Shown here in pieces: positions 18,261 to 29,077 of a DNA stretch of 64,000 bases; position 1 is the stretch's first letter, and each line of letters opens with the position of its first letter. The notes beneath the pieces are model-generated. The model was not told the origin of the DNA, searched no databases, and saw nothing but the letters and a program-made list of their open reading frames with translations. Origin of the DNA: Salinispira sp. (GTDB lineage Bacteria > Spirochaetota > Spirochaetia > DSM-27196 > Salinispiraceae); assembly GCA_965602015.1 (NCBI GenBank), contig OZ271918.1, forward strand, positions 1,728,001-1,792,000, written 5' to 3'. A program made the translations under genes and the position numbers.

Positions 18261-19397
18261 GTGAGAACGGTTAAGGCTTACTCGTGGACCACTGTAGCGT
18301 TGCTGCTGCTGATGACCGGATTTCTGCTGTTGTTTTCATTCACCATGGGAGTGGCAAACTTCTTTTCCACCTTAATGAGCACCGCCCATGACCTGTTATT
18401 AAATACCGTCTTTTTTATCATGTCCATAACGGTTCTCGCCGGAGCACTTGGCGCGTTTCTCAGTGAGTTCGGCATCATCGCATTGCTCAATGCCGTATTG
18501 GCACCCTTGGTCAGATTGCTGTGGAGGCTCCCCGGCAGTGCGGCAATCGGCGCTCTTTCCACGTATATCTCCGACAATCCGGCTATAATTGCTCTTTCCA
18601 AGGAAAAGCAGTTTATCGAGTACTTCGAAGAGTGGCAAAAACCCGCATTGACAAATTTCGGAACGAGTTTTGGCATGGGCTTGGTGGTAACGGCATTCAT
18701 GATGGCCCAGGGCTTCCTGCAGGAAGCCCTCATAGGAAATGTCGGGGCGATTATCGGATCAGTTTTCTCAACGAGAATTATGACCTATCTCACCCGCCGC
18801 CACCTCGGAGTCACAGCGGATTCGATGAAGCACACAATTCGCAACAAGACGGAGATCCGCCTGCCCCGCACCCGGGAGATAAGTGACGGGTCCCTCTTTC
18901 AGCGGGTTCTTACCTGTCTGCTTGAGGGAGGCAAAAACGGCCTGGAAATCGGGCTGCAGATAGTACCCGGGGTTCTCGTTATTTGCACCATGGTTTTGAT
19001 GCTCACCTTCGGTCCCGGTGAAGGCGGGTATAACGGCGCTGCATATCAGGGCATTCCCGTAATTCCATTTATCGGTCGGATATTTTGGGTGCCCGTGAGA
19101 TTCGTCTTTGGGTTCACCAGTCCGGACGCCATTGCCTTTCCGGTCACCGCATTGGGAGCCGTCGGGGCCGCCCTTGCCCTGGTGCCCAACTTCCTTGAGC
19201 AAGGGCTTATCGGCGGAACTGATATCGCCGTCTTTACCGCGATCGGGATGTGCTTGTCGGGCTATTTATCAACACATGTGGCAATGATGGATTCCTTGGG
19301 TTTCCGCGAGCTTACCGGGAAGGCCATTGCGGCGCATAGCGTCGGAGGAGTCGTTGCCGGGGCCAGCGCCCATATAATGGTGCGTTTTCTGTTGTGA
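18261..19397 (+). CDS. Multi-TM membrane protein (nucleoside-recognition gate / CD0519-like)
   Basis: YISDNPAI, NFGTSFGMG, GYLSTHVAM; hydrophobic. Confidence 0.65.
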   Translation: MRTVKAYSWTTVALLLLMTGFLLLFSFTMGVANFFSTLMSTAHDLLLNTVFFIMSITVLAGALGAFLSEFGIIALLNAVLAPLVRLLWRLPGSAAIGALSTYISDNPAIIALSKEKQFIEYFEEWQKPALTNFGTSFGMGLVVTAFMMAQGFLQEALIGNVGAIIGSVFSTRIMTYLTRRHLGVTADSMKHTIRNKTEIRLPRTREISDGSLFQRVLTCLLEGGKNGLEIGLQIVPGVLVICTMVLMLTFGPGEGGYNGAAYQGIPVIPFIGRIFWVPVRFVFGFTSPDAIAFPVTALGAVGAALALVPNFLEQGLIGGTDIAVFTAIGMCLSGYLSTHVAMMDSLGFRELTGKAIAAHSVGGVVAGASAHIMVRFLL

Positions 19398-19422
19398 GCC
19401 GCGAAACACTGCGGAACTAAAC

Positions 19423-22400
19423 CTAATTCTCGTAACTTCTGATTTCCCGGTGAAGAAATGCAAGATTTCGCAGCTTGTCCAGGACACTAAAACCCGACTG
19501 GTGAACCGCTATCAGCGCTTCCTGAAGGGGGATATCATTTGAAGATCCCTGGGCGTATAAAACGCGTTCCTGTTGCCAAGCGTCGAGGGCAAGATCGTAT
19601 TCGTCGAACGCCGTGGTAATTTCAAAGAGAAGCTCAGCCCGCCCTGTCTGCCAGCGCTTAACCCTATCTTCCACTGCCCGTTCGGCGCTTATTATCTCAA
19701 GGGATGCCTGGGTAAGCCGCTCGTCGTGGATGCGTTTTTGAAGGGCAAAACTCCGTCGGAACGGGTCCGAAATATCGAGGCTGACCGATACGCTGAGGTT
19801 CCCCTGCCTGTCTTCCTGAAGTGCGTCAGCCAGATTGTCGTTTCCCGAGGTACCGGGAGTGTCGATAAATGATGCCAAAATGTTCAACCGTGGCGCATCG
19901 ATGTTTCCCGCCTCCTGCAATGCGGAACGAGCGCTTGTTTGAGCCCTCTGGGCTGCCAGAATGTCAGGGTCGTGTTCTATTAGACTACGAATCAGGGATT
20001 CCCAGTCAGGGCTGTAGTTTATTGATGCGCTGTCCGGCAGCATGTAGGGGCTTGCCAGTTCATCGATTTCACGCGCAGTAATTGAGAGCGTAGACGCCAG
20101 GCTCAGCTCGAGATCGTCGATTTGCCCGGCCAGGGCGCGAAAACCGTTTTCCTGGAGTCTGAGAGTTGTTTCTCTTGCCTCAAGCTGGCTGCTTGAAATC
20201 AAACCGAGATCAAATTCCTGTCTGGCCTGCTGGATCAAAATATTCTGAAGCTCCAGGCGTTCGCCGAGCAGGAAATACTGCTCCCGCAGCGACGCCCGGC
20301 GGCCCAAAAGATTTACCATTTGCAGGGAAATGCTCCGGCTTGTGTTTTCGAGGGTCTCGGCTGCTGCATCGCGTTCATGTACCGCTGCAGCCAGACCGGT
20401 ACGAAACACGTCGGCGGCGATAAAGCGACCGTCGAGAAACAGGGGCTGATTTACTCCAAGGGTAAGTGACGGGGTAATCTGATAAGCTCCCCAGCTGTTA
20501 TTGTCCGCTGGCCTGCTGGCATTGACTCTCGCCCCTGCCCCGCCGAAAACCACGCCGCCGGTGGGCAAAGCCTGTTCTATTCCAAGATTGAGGCCGTATT
20601 CAATTGATTCATCTCCCGGATCGCCGAATCCGCTGAATCCCGGACCGCGGCTGTAGGCAAGCAATGCTCCCGAACCCTGACCGCTGTTGATTGACAGGAC
20701 CGGCAGGCGCTTGGACAAGGTATTATCCAGTCCGGCCTGCGCCAACCGCGCAACCGAGGCCAAAATGCGGCCGTCGGATCCCTCTGCAATTCTTTCGACC
20801 AGGGAACCGTAGAGCTCCTGGTAATCGGTGCGGGTTACGCCTTCAAACAGCTCGACAAACAACTCACCACTCCTGAGTTCAATCTCATTCAACAGATCCC
20901 CATCAGTCCGGGTGGTAAAACTTTCTGTTTCGATAGTCCGGGATTCCGGGAGAGCGTCGTGAAACCCCGCGAGCGAAAGGCTGGACTCCTGTGCGCCTAC
21001 AGGCGCCGCGGATTGGGCTGAGAGACCGGAGGGGGCAGCAACAATTAAAATAATCGCCGCAAGCGCGATTAGTCCTGCACCTTTCTTGGGCATTGCAAGC
21101 GCGCTGGCAATGCCCGCCACGCCTGCAGAAGCGCTTTCTGCCGGTAGCGATTGATCATCGGCCTGCCCGCTGTGCGAACCCGAATTCGATGAACTCCCGG
21201 CATTCTTTTTCTTGCGGTCATATAATACGCCGTAGAGCGAAGGTATGATGATCAAGGCAGTTATGGTCGAAAACAGTAAGCCAAAAATTATTGTGCTGGC
21301 CATGGGTCCCCACACCACCGACTCCCCTCCGATTCCCAATGCGGTCGGCAGGAGACCGACAATGGTGGTGAGGCTGGTCAGAAGTATTGGCCGCAGCCTG
21401 GTGCCGGCGGCGGTTTTGATGGCATCGGAAATAGGTACTCCATCGCTGCGAAGTTCATTGATAAAACTGATGAGCACAATAGCATCGTTCACCGCAATTC
21501 CCGCCAGCGCCACTCCGGCATAAAGTACCGTTGTGGAAAACGGTGTGCCGCTTATTGCCAGATACAGTATTACCCCTACAAAGGCAAAGGGAACCGACAG
21601 GAGAATAATGAGGGGTTGGGAATAGCTTTTAAACTGTGCTCCGAGGATGAGATAAATAAGAAATATTCCGAGGACAAACACCCGCAGAATTTCGATGAGC
21701 AGGTCCTGGAATTCGCTGAACTCCCCCCCGACGCCGAATACCGCATCGGGAAAGCGCTCGGAAAGGTTGTTTGTAAAAAAGCCACGCGCCTGATCATTCA
21801 CCAGACCTAAATCGAGGCCCTCGACCGCGTCGGCAGTGATGGTTATCTGTCTCTTGCCTTCTACCCGCCGAATGCTGCCCGCCGAGGTGCCGTACTCAAC
21901 GCTGGCGACCGAACTGAAGGGAATAAGGCGCCCGTCGGCACTGGGGATAAATGATTGTACCAAATCGTCGTAGTCGTTGGCCTGACCGGCATCGTAGCGC
22001 ATGACGATATCGATTTCCTCGTTATCCTGAAAATAGCGCCCGACCAAGAGTCCGTCGAACTTAGCCCGAACAAAGTTGCCGATGGTGCCGACGGAAAGAC
22101 CGAGAGCGGTCGCCCGTTCGGGATTCACCCGTATTCGAAGTTCGGGATTACCCGATTGAAAATCACTCTCGACGTTAAAAACTCCTGGCCGGCTTCGCAT
22201 AAACTCGGTGAGCGAGTCGGTGGCGGATATCAGCTGACCATAATCATCCCCGCTGAGGGTAAAAGTGATCGGCGCCGATGTGGGAGGACCATTGGTTGCC
22301 TTGCGGAATATCAGCTCCTCGGGCCCTGCGATATTTGATAGATCTTGCCTCACATCTTCGATAATTTCATCGATAGACCGGGTACGGCCTTCATTTATTT

Positions 22401-24297
22401 CCGTAAGATCCACATTGATCTGCGCCAGATTTGAGCTGTTGCTTACGGATGTCTGGCCCGTCAGGCTGCCCCCGGTACTTAGAATGGAGAGCACCTCTCC
22501 GTCTCCCACCCTCGTGAGAAGCCGGTCTTCGAATCTCCGCAAAATCTCATCGGTGCGGGAAAGGCTGGTTCCCCGGGGCATGGTTATGTCGATGGTGAAA
22601 AAGGTAAAATCCTCGGCGGCGAATAAATCCTGTCCGAGAAACGGTATCAGAGCGAAACTGCCAATGGCGATAAGCAGGGCGGCGACGAGGACAATGGCTC
22701 GCCGGGGATATAGTCTTGAAAAGAGGCGATCGAATCGCAGTCTGATGACTGAAAACCATGCCCCGGGTTCTTTCTTGCGCTTTTTATCCTTTCCCCAGTC
22801 GGCGAAGTGGCTTGGAAGAAAGTACAGGGCTTCCCCGGTACTGGCGATCAGCGCGATTGCCACAGTGAGAGGGATAACCCTGAGGAAACGGCCAATGGTT
22901 CCGGGGATGATCATCAGGGGGAGAAAGGCTGCGACGGTGGTGCCGGTGGCTGCGATAACCGGCCAGACTACCTGATTTGTGCCGATGATGGCTGCGTCGT
23001 GGCGGCTGAGCCCCTGCTGCTGCAGGCGGTATGAGTTTTCGATAATGACGATAGCGTGATCCACAATGAGTCCGAGGACCAGAACGAGGCCAAAGAGGGT
23101 GTTTGTGTTAAGGGTTTCACCAAAGAATTCAAGGGCGATGAATGTCAGGGCGAAGGTAACCGGAATGCCAAGGGCGGTCATCAGCGCGTTCCTTACTCCG
23201 ATGAACAGCGCAAGGATGATGACGAGAAGTAGCAGACCGATGACAGCATTGCTGGTGAGAACCGAAAGGCTGTCGGTAATCTGGACCGTGGAATCGTTGA
23301 GCAGGGTAACCACCAGGCCGTCGGGGATATCATTTTCCACTTCCGCCAGGAAGCTGCGGATACCGTTGACCACATCGATGGAGCTGCCGCCGGGGACTTT
23401 TGTGACCCTGAGAGCTACCGATGTTTCGCCATTCAGCCTGTTTATGCTGGAGTCCGGATCGAAGCCGTCGATAACGGTGGCCACATCACGGAGCCTGATT
23501 ATTCCCTCGCCGTTGCCCGAACGCCTGATTATCACATCGTTAAAGGATTCGATGCTCTCGATAGTGGACATTGTGCGAAGTAAAAATTCACTGCTTTCGG
23601 TATTTAGCCGGCCGCCGGGAATGCTGGAGTTGCGGTCCTGTACGGCCTGAAGCAGTTCTATGGTGCTCAGGCCAAGGGCGGCCATGCGTTCGGGGCTCAG
23701 GTCGAGGATAATCTCCCGCTCTCTCAAGCCGACAATATCCGCCGATGACACATCCCTAATACCGAGAATGGCGTCCTGAAAGTCCAGTGCGCTGTTGCGC
23801 AGCTGGGGATAGGGAATGTCTCCCGAAAGTACCACTTCGATAACCGGAGCAAAATCCGCTGAGGAGAAATCATCTACCACGGGATCCAGTACACCATCCG
23901 GCAGCCGAACGCGGTTGAAGCGGGTCTGGGCCTCCTGAAACAGGTTATCAAACTTCTGCTGCGAGATGCCGTCATCAAACTCCACCCGGATTATGGCAAG
24001 GCCTTCACTGGTGGTCGAGTTTATTGAGCTCAGGCTGTCGATGCCCTGAAACTCGTTTTCAACAGGAATGGTGACGCTGGATTCAAGATCCTCGGCAGAA
24101 ACCCCGGGATACGGAACGATGATGTTCACCCAATAAAAGGGCACTTCGGCAAACTGCTCCTGCGGCAGGCGAAGCATGCTGAAAGCACCGAGGGCGATAA
24201 CCGTAACCATAAGGATATTGACCAGTACGGGGTTTTTGACACTAAGCGACCCTATACCCCGAAACTGTTCGGGCTTCAGGTTTTCGAGTTTTTTCAT
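19423..24297 (-). CDS. RND efflux permease fused to a C-terminal TolC-like domain
   Basis: PYPGVSAED, GLIVDHAIVIIEN, RLRPILLTSLTT, then about 550 aa helical/beta OMF-like region. Confidence 0.85.
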   Translation of the reverse strand: MKKLENLKPEQFRGIGSLSVKNPVLVNILMVTVIALGAFSMLRLPQEQFAEVPFYWVNIIVPYPGVSAEDLESSVTIPVENEFQGIDSLSSINSTTSEGLAIIRVEFDDGISQQKFDNLFQEAQTRFNRVRLPDGVLDPVVDDFSSADFAPVIEVVLSGDIPYPQLRNSALDFQDAILGIRDVSSADIVGLREREIILDLSPERMAALGLSTIELLQAVQDRNSSIPGGRLNTESSEFLLRTMSTIESIESFNDVIIRRSGNGEGIIRLRDVATVIDGFDPDSSINRLNGETSVALRVTKVPGGSSIDVVNGIRSFLAEVENDIPDGLVVTLLNDSTVQITDSLSVLTSNAVIGLLLLVIILALFIGVRNALMTALGIPVTFALTFIALEFFGETLNTNTLFGLVLVLGLIVDHAIVIIENSYRLQQQGLSRHDAAIIGTNQVVWPVIAATGTTVAAFLPLMIIPGTIGRFLRVIPLTVAIALIASTGEALYFLPSHFADWGKDKKRKKEPGAWFSVIRLRFDRLFSRLYPRRAIVLVAALLIAIGSFALIPFLGQDLFAAEDFTFFTIDITMPRGTSLSRTDEILRRFEDRLLTRVGDGEVLSILSTGGSLTGQTSVSNSSNLAQINVDLTEINEGRTRSIDEIIEDVRQDLSNIAGPEELIFRKATNGPPTSAPITFTLSGDDYGQLISATDSLTEFMRSRPGVFNVESDFQSGNPELRIRVNPERATALGLSVGTIGNFVRAKFDGLLVGRYFQDNEEIDIVMRYDAGQANDYDDLVQSFIPSADGRLIPFSSVASVEYGTSAGSIRRVEGKRQITITADAVEGLDLGLVNDQARGFFTNNLSERFPDAVFGVGGEFSEFQDLLIEILRVFVLGIFLIYLILGAQFKSYSQPLIILLSVPFAFVGVILYLAISGTPFSTTVLYAGVALAGIAVNDAIVLISFINELRSDGVPISDAIKTAAGTRLRPILLTSLTTIVGLLPTALGIGGESVVWGPMASTIIFGLLFSTITALIIIPSLYGVLYDRKKKNAGSSSNSGSHSGQADDQSLPAESASAGVAGIASALAMPKKGAGLIALAAIILIVAAPSGLSAQSAAPVGAQESSLSLAGFHDALPESRTIETESFTTRTDGDLLNEIELRSGELFVELFEGVTRTDYQELYGSLVERIAEGSDGRILASVARLAQAGLDNTLSKRLPVLSINSGQGSGALLAYSRGPGFSGFGDPGDESIEYGLNLGIEQALPTGGVVFGGAGARVNASRPADNNSWGAYQITPSLTLGVNQPLFLDGRFIAADVFRTGLAAAVHERDAAAETLENTSRSISLQMVNLLGRRASLREQYFLLGERLELQNILIQQARQEFDLGLISSSQLEARETTLRLQENGFRALAGQIDDLELSLASTLSITAREIDELASPYMLPDSASINYSPDWESLIRSLIEHDPDILAAQRAQTSARSALQEAGNIDAPRLNILASFIDTPGTSGNDNLADALQEDRQGNLSVSVSLDISDPFRRSFALQKRIHDERLTQASLEIISAERAVEDRVKRWQTGRAELLFEITTAFDEYDLALDAWQQERVLYAQGSSNDIPLQEALIAVHQSGFSVLDKLRNLAFLHREIRSYEN

Positions 24298-24313
24298 GTA
24301 ACTATCCTGATTC

Positions 24314-25459
24314 CTAATTCTGCGCGATATCCCGAAGGTCGGACACTATGCGGTCTCCGTCTTCTATCCGGCTGAGGCCACTAACGAGAACCCTGCTGCC
24401 GAGCAGCGTGGTTTCTTCATCAAGGACACGAACAGCGGCCAGTTCGCCATAGCTGTCAAGCAGCTCGACGGAAACCATGCGGGCCACCCCGTCCTCGGCA
24501 ACGTACAGTGTAGCGGTATCATCATCGATAACCAAGGAGGAAAGGGGCACAAGATTCCGTACCGGCTCCATATCGCTCTGTATGCTGACCTGACCGCTCA
24601 TTCCGGCCTTTAACAGCTCAGGGTCGGGATTGTCGAAGGAAACCACAACTCTCCAACTGCCGGTGCGCTGGTCACTGCCGGCGGCGACCGCCGATACTTG
24701 ACCGCTGGCGCCGATGCTGCCTTGGGGGCTTGGGATGACAATGCTGGCGGGCAGGCCTTCCCGGACGAGGAAGATCTGATCCTGACCGAGGGAAAGCTGA
24801 ATGCGGAGCCTTGAGAGATCGACGACCCGGGCGATTTGCTGTCCGCTGGCTAAAAGGTCGCCGGGAATCAGGCTATCGGACTTTTCTGCGATGCGCCCCG
24901 AGATGGGGCTGCTGATTGCCGTGAAATTGAGGGCATCCCGGGCCCGCTCGAGCCGGGCTGCCAATCCGTCTACCCGGGCCTGAACCTGATTTAGCTGATT
25001 AAGAGAAATCGAACCCCGGTTATACAGATTGCGCTGGCTTTCGAGGTCTGCAACGGCACTTTGATACTCGCCGCTGAGCTGCTGCCAGGTCAGCCGGGCT
25101 ATCCGGCTATCAAGTTGTACAAGGGTATCGTTTGCGGATATTTGGTCCCCGAGCTCAAAGTCCACTGACTGGATTACGCCATTGGTGAACGGCCGGAGAA
25201 TGACTTCCTGAATGCCTTGGATGGTTCCGCTGGCCTCAATGCTATCCCGAAGCCTGCCCTGGCGGACCGCAACGGTTTCGACGGCCAGTGCTTCGGTGTC
25301 GTTTGTGAGCCCTTGAGTCTCCTCGGCCGGTAGCGCCTGCACATCTTCGGCGGGAGCACAGGCGTTAATAACCACGCTCATCAATAGAGCAATCGCAGCT
25401 ATTCCTCTTGTGTATTTCTGTTTCTGCGGGCTTTTTGTATCACTCGCCGATATAGTCAT
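24314..25459 (-). CDS. RND periplasmic adaptor (MFP) lipoprotein
   Basis: Lipobox INAC, ISSPISGRI, LKAGMSG. Confidence 0.88.
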   Translation of the reverse strand: MTISASDTKSPQKQKYTRGIAAIALLMSVVINACAPAEDVQALPAEETQGLTNDTEALAVETVAVRQGRLRDSIEASGTIQGIQEVILRPFTNGVIQSVDFELGDQISANDTLVQLDSRIARLTWQQLSGEYQSAVADLESQRNLYNRGSISLNQLNQVQARVDGLAARLERARDALNFTAISSPISGRIAEKSDSLIPGDLLASGQQIARVVDLSRLRIQLSLGQDQIFLVREGLPASIVIPSPQGSIGASGQVSAVAAGSDQRTGSWRVVVSFDNPDPELLKAGMSGQVSIQSDMEPVRNLVPLSSLVIDDDTATLYVAEDGVARMVSVELLDSYGELAAVRVLDEETTLLGSRVLVSGLSRIEDGDRIVSDLRDIAQN

Positions 25460-25625
25460 GCGCTTTATCCTTTACTTCTTGTCTCTGTGAAAAAATACGA
25501 ATATCACATAATGAAATCAATCAGTATTTTATTGCTTGTGCAAAATATCTATCACTCAGTGTGATCACAGTAAAGGAATACAGAGAGCTTCGTTTGAAGG
25601 AAATCCATAGTGAGGGCATTGCGAG

Positions 25626-25654
25626 TTGACACGGTTAAGAAGATGAGGTAGCAT
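25626..25654 (+). promoter_or_regulatory. Promoter of cold-shock gene, implying a ~140-nt 5' UTR
   Basis: TTGACA-17-TAGCAT. Confidence 0.55.
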
Positions 25655-25802
25655 GTTGACTGATACAGAAGTATAGGTATCGCGATATCGGTAGTACACA
25701 GTCACATCTGCCCTTTGACGTTCGTTAAAGCCGCACTGTCCTTGTAGTTTCCATATCAGCAAAACCCTATCCTTGTATTAATACTCTATAAGGAGGCATT
25801 TT

Positions 25803-26003
25803 ATGGAAAAAGGTACCGTAAAATGGTTTAACGAAAGCAAAGGCTTTGGATTTATCAGCAAGGAAGACGGTGAGGACATTTTTGTTCATCACACCGGCAT
25901 TGTAGCCGACGGATTCCGTACCCTTCGCGAAGGCGCAGCAGTGGAGTTCACTGTAGAGCAGAGCGACAAGGGTCCCCGGGCAGTATCTGTCCGCGAACTG
26001 TAA
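25803..26003 (+). CDS. Cold-shock protein
   Basis: GTVKWFN..KGFGFI, DIFVH. Confidence 0.96.
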   Translation: MEKGTVKWFNESKGFGFISKEDGEDIFVHHTGIVADGFRTLREGAAVEFTVEQSDKGPRAVSVREL

Positions 26004-26036
26004 GCCGATACGCTGACGTTCGAACCTTAAACAGAC

Positions 26037-26072
26037 AAGCGGTGAATCATCATGATTCACCGCTTTTTTTTT
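26037..26072 (+). terminator. Intrinsic terminator of csp, overlapping the MFS stop
   Basis: AAGCGGTGAATCAT-C-ATGATTCACCGCTT followed by a T-run. Confidence 0.8.
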
Positions 26073-27258
26073 GTCCCTGGCTGCGGGGATGGGAAAAGGC
26101 GAAACTGAGAAACAGGAGCAGCAGGGCTATCAGCAGGTACACCGGAATGACCTCGAGCCCGTAGATTCCCGCCAGAACACCGGCAATTGAAGGAATGACC
26201 GCGGCACCAAGTCCCGCGGCGGAAATCTGCATTCCGATCGTATTCGCCTGGTGCTTCAGTCCCACACGGTTATGAGTGTCGGAAACCAGGCCGGGGAAGA
26301 TGGGCGCGATGGAGAAGCCCGTCAGGGCGATTCCCGCAACGCTGACTGCGGGCCCCAGATTCAGCAGCAGGAGCCCGGCTCCCAGGGATGCGAAGCCGAT
26401 ACTGAAAAAAAGCATCGGTTTGACGGGTATGCGAAGGGCATAAATTCCGGCGATAATGCGGCCGAGAGTGAACATTCCCCAATAGCCCCCGGTGACCACG
26501 CCGGCAAGCGTCGGATCAACTCCCCTCGATTCGGTCAATAGGGAGTACGCCCACAGTCCGAGCCCGAGCTCCACTCCGGTATAAATAAAAAACATCAGCA
26601 TGCTCAGCAGCGCGGGGATTTGCCTGAGGGTCTGCCCAAGGCTGGCCTGGTTCTCCGGCCGTTGTTCAGCGTGCAGTTCGGTTGTTCCGCCCTGCCACTT
26701 GCGCCTGCTGAAAAAAAACAGGAGGGCAAGCAAGGCCTGAAACGAAGCAACCACGAGGTAACCTGGTTGCCAGCGTCCGCCCAGGGCGATGGACAGGGTC
26801 ATAATAAACGGTCCAAGGGTTATTCCCACCCCGAAACTTGCGTGGAGCCACTGCATAAGGGTTTCGCTGTGGTTCTGCGCAATGTAGGTGTTCAAACCGG
26901 CATCGATGGCACCGGCCCCCAGGCCTCCCAGGGCTGCGAAGCCCGCAAAGAGTCCCCACCAGGGAGTGAGGGCGTACACCAACAGGGTGATCGCGGTGGC
27001 TCCCACCGACAAGGCAAGCAAGCCTCCGATTCCGAACCGGCGCACCAGGGCACCGCTGAAAAAACTGCTGGTCATATATCCGGCAGTCGCAAAAACCAGC
27101 AGAAGGCCAAGAGCGTCTATGGGCAGGCCGAAGCTGCTGCGGATACCCGGCCAGGCGACTCCCAGCAACCCGTCGGGCATTCCCAGAGAAATAAACGCGA
27201 TAAATGCCAGGACAATAAGACCGGCGCCCCCTGCTCCAGGGTGAATTTTTTTATTCAT
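26050..27258 (-). CDS. MFS transporter
   Basis: About 12 TM, GAGAIDAGLN, WLHASFGVG. Confidence 0.9.
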   Translation of the reverse strand: MNKKIHPGAGGAGLIVLAFIAFISLGMPDGLLGVAWPGIRSSFGLPIDALGLLLVFATAGYMTSSFFSGALVRRFGIGGLLALSVGATAITLLVYALTPWWGLFAGFAALGGLGAGAIDAGLNTYIAQNHSETLMQWLHASFGVGITLGPFIMTLSIALGGRWQPGYLVVASFQALLALLFFFSRRKWQGGTTELHAEQRPENQASLGQTLRQIPALLSMLMFFIYTGVELGLGLWAYSLLTESRGVDPTLAGVVTGGYWGMFTLGRIIAGIYALRIPVKPMLFFSIGFASLGAGLLLLNLGPAVSVAGIALTGFSIAPIFPGLVSDTHNRVGLKHQANTIGMQISAAGLGAAVIPSIAGVLAGIYGLEVIPVYLLIALLLLFLSFAFSHPRSQGQKKSGES

Positions 27259-29023
27259 GAGATAGTACCTGACCGCTTCGTCGCCAAATTTTATACAATT
27301 CATCCCAGGATTGAATGGCGATATTCACCAGGTCCGGGTCAAAAATTGTACCGCTGTGCTTGAGGATGTACGCTTTTACCTCATCGGGCTCCCAAGCCCG
27401 TTTATAATTTCGCTCGGATAGCAGGGCATCAATAACGTCGCTTATGGTCACCAGACGGGCAAGGATGCTTATGTCCCGGCCTGAAAGGCCACGCGGGTAC
27501 CCGCTGCCGTCCCAACTCTCATGGTGCTGATGGACCACAATGGCAGCCTTGCGAATTAGCTCGTTATTGCTGCTTCCCAGAATTTCCCAGCCGATTTCCG
27601 GGTGCCGGCGAATCACCGCCAGTTCTTTCGCCGATAGCTTTCCGCTTTTTTTCAGGATTTCATCGGGAATCCCGACTTTTCCCACATCGTGCAGGGCTGC
27701 CCCGAAGCTGAGAATTTGGAGATCCTGTTTACTTATCCCGATTTTCTTTGCCAGGAAGCGGGACATAAAACTTATTCGCTTCAAATGGTCTGAAGTTTCC
27801 CGGGATCTTCGCTCAATGACGTTTCCCAGGTTAAACATTATCTCCCTCTGGGTATCCAGTAGGTTCTGATTGAAACGGTTGATCGCCTGCTGCCGGCGGA
27901 GATTAAGCTGGATCAGCACTATGATCACCACCAGCGAGGCAATAACCCCGGCGGATATGCTCAGAACAAGGGCGTTGCGGCGAAGGAAGCTTTCCGGGCG
28001 GCGGAGGAATTCCAGGTCAGAAGGAAAATCCGGTATATCGAGGCCAAAACGGCGGGCGGTGGGATAATCAATAACGCCTCGTGTAAGGGGTTCCTCGATG
28101 TAGAGCCCGGATACATCACCCGCCTGGAAATGCTCGAGGATTTGCTCCGCACTTATCCTGCCCAGGGTGAAACCGTCATACACGTATCCGCCCATTGCCC
28201 CGTCAGGCACGGCAAAGGACCAAAAAGCGTAGGTCGGCACCTGAGCTTGGCGACAGACCGCCGAGAGCAGGGCCGCGTTATCAATTGGAAGGCCTCGGTC
28301 CGAGAAATATAAAATGTACATAAGAATGTCGCCCGCGGGTATTTCGGCTATACGGGGAAGAATCTCGTCATTGCCCCCGCTGTCAATCCAGACCGGGGGC
28401 GGATACTCACCGGAGGAAAAAATTTCCTCCAGCTGACCCCGTATGATTCGGCCGGTAACAGTTTGATCGAGAATTATATGGATATTGCGGGCATCCGGAT
28501 GCATTGACGTGGCCAGATCGAGATTCCGCCGATAGTCATTATTTTCGATGATGTAGCCGGTGTTCGGCACTCGGTTTTGTACTGAGGCATTCAGCCCGAC
28601 GGCCAGGGCCGGCACCGAGGAGAACACTTCATCTCGCAACTGGATAAAAAAGTCATAGGCGATATTATCGACGCTGATAATCAGATCGAGACTCTGATTT
28701 TGATACTTAGAGCGAATGACATTACCCATCAGCTCGAGATGAGAAGCGTGGGGATACCGTTTAGCATCCAGGTATTCGAAAAACAGCTCGAACTGTCCAC
28801 CGTCAAGCAAAGAAAACAGACCCTGATTTATGCTCTCTGTCCAGGCAAAATCCTGACTATAAGAATGAATGATAAGAATGCGCCGGCTTGCACTTCGAGA
28901 ACCCGACAGCCCCTGCCCCGGGGAATCCTGGGGCCAGACGGTTCCGGCAATACAGAGGAGAATAAGCATGGGGAGTCTCAGGCAGTACTGAAGCACAGAA
29001 GCCCAGCATATGCTTCTTTTCAT
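27251..29023 (-). CDS. HD-GYP phosphodiesterase with periplasmic binding-protein-like sensor
   Basis: HDVGK, HHESWDGSGYP; signal peptide plus one TM. Confidence 0.9.
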   Translation of the reverse strand: MKRSICWASVLQYCLRLPMLILLCIAGTVWPQDSPGQGLSGSRSASRRILIIHSYSQDFAWTESINQGLFSLLDGGQFELFFEYLDAKRYPHASHLELMGNVIRSKYQNQSLDLIISVDNIAYDFFIQLRDEVFSSVPALAVGLNASVQNRVPNTGYIIENNDYRRNLDLATSMHPDARNIHIILDQTVTGRIIRGQLEEIFSSGEYPPPVWIDSGGNDEILPRIAEIPAGDILMYILYFSDRGLPIDNAALLSAVCRQAQVPTYAFWSFAVPDGAMGGYVYDGFTLGRISAEQILEHFQAGDVSGLYIEEPLTRGVIDYPTARRFGLDIPDFPSDLEFLRRPESFLRRNALVLSISAGVIASLVVIIVLIQLNLRRQQAINRFNQNLLDTQREIMFNLGNVIERRSRETSDHLKRISFMSRFLAKKIGISKQDLQILSFGAALHDVGKVGIPDEILKKSGKLSAKELAVIRRHPEIGWEILGSSNNELIRKAAIVVHQHHESWDGSGYPRGLSGRDISILARLVTISDVIDALLSERNYKRAWEPDEVKAYILKHSGTIFDPDLVNIAIQSWDELYKIWRRSGQVLSHE

Positions 29024-29077
29024 CCTTCATCAACTGATAGTTCCGGTCGAACTTCTGACCGGATCTCCAGCATGCGC

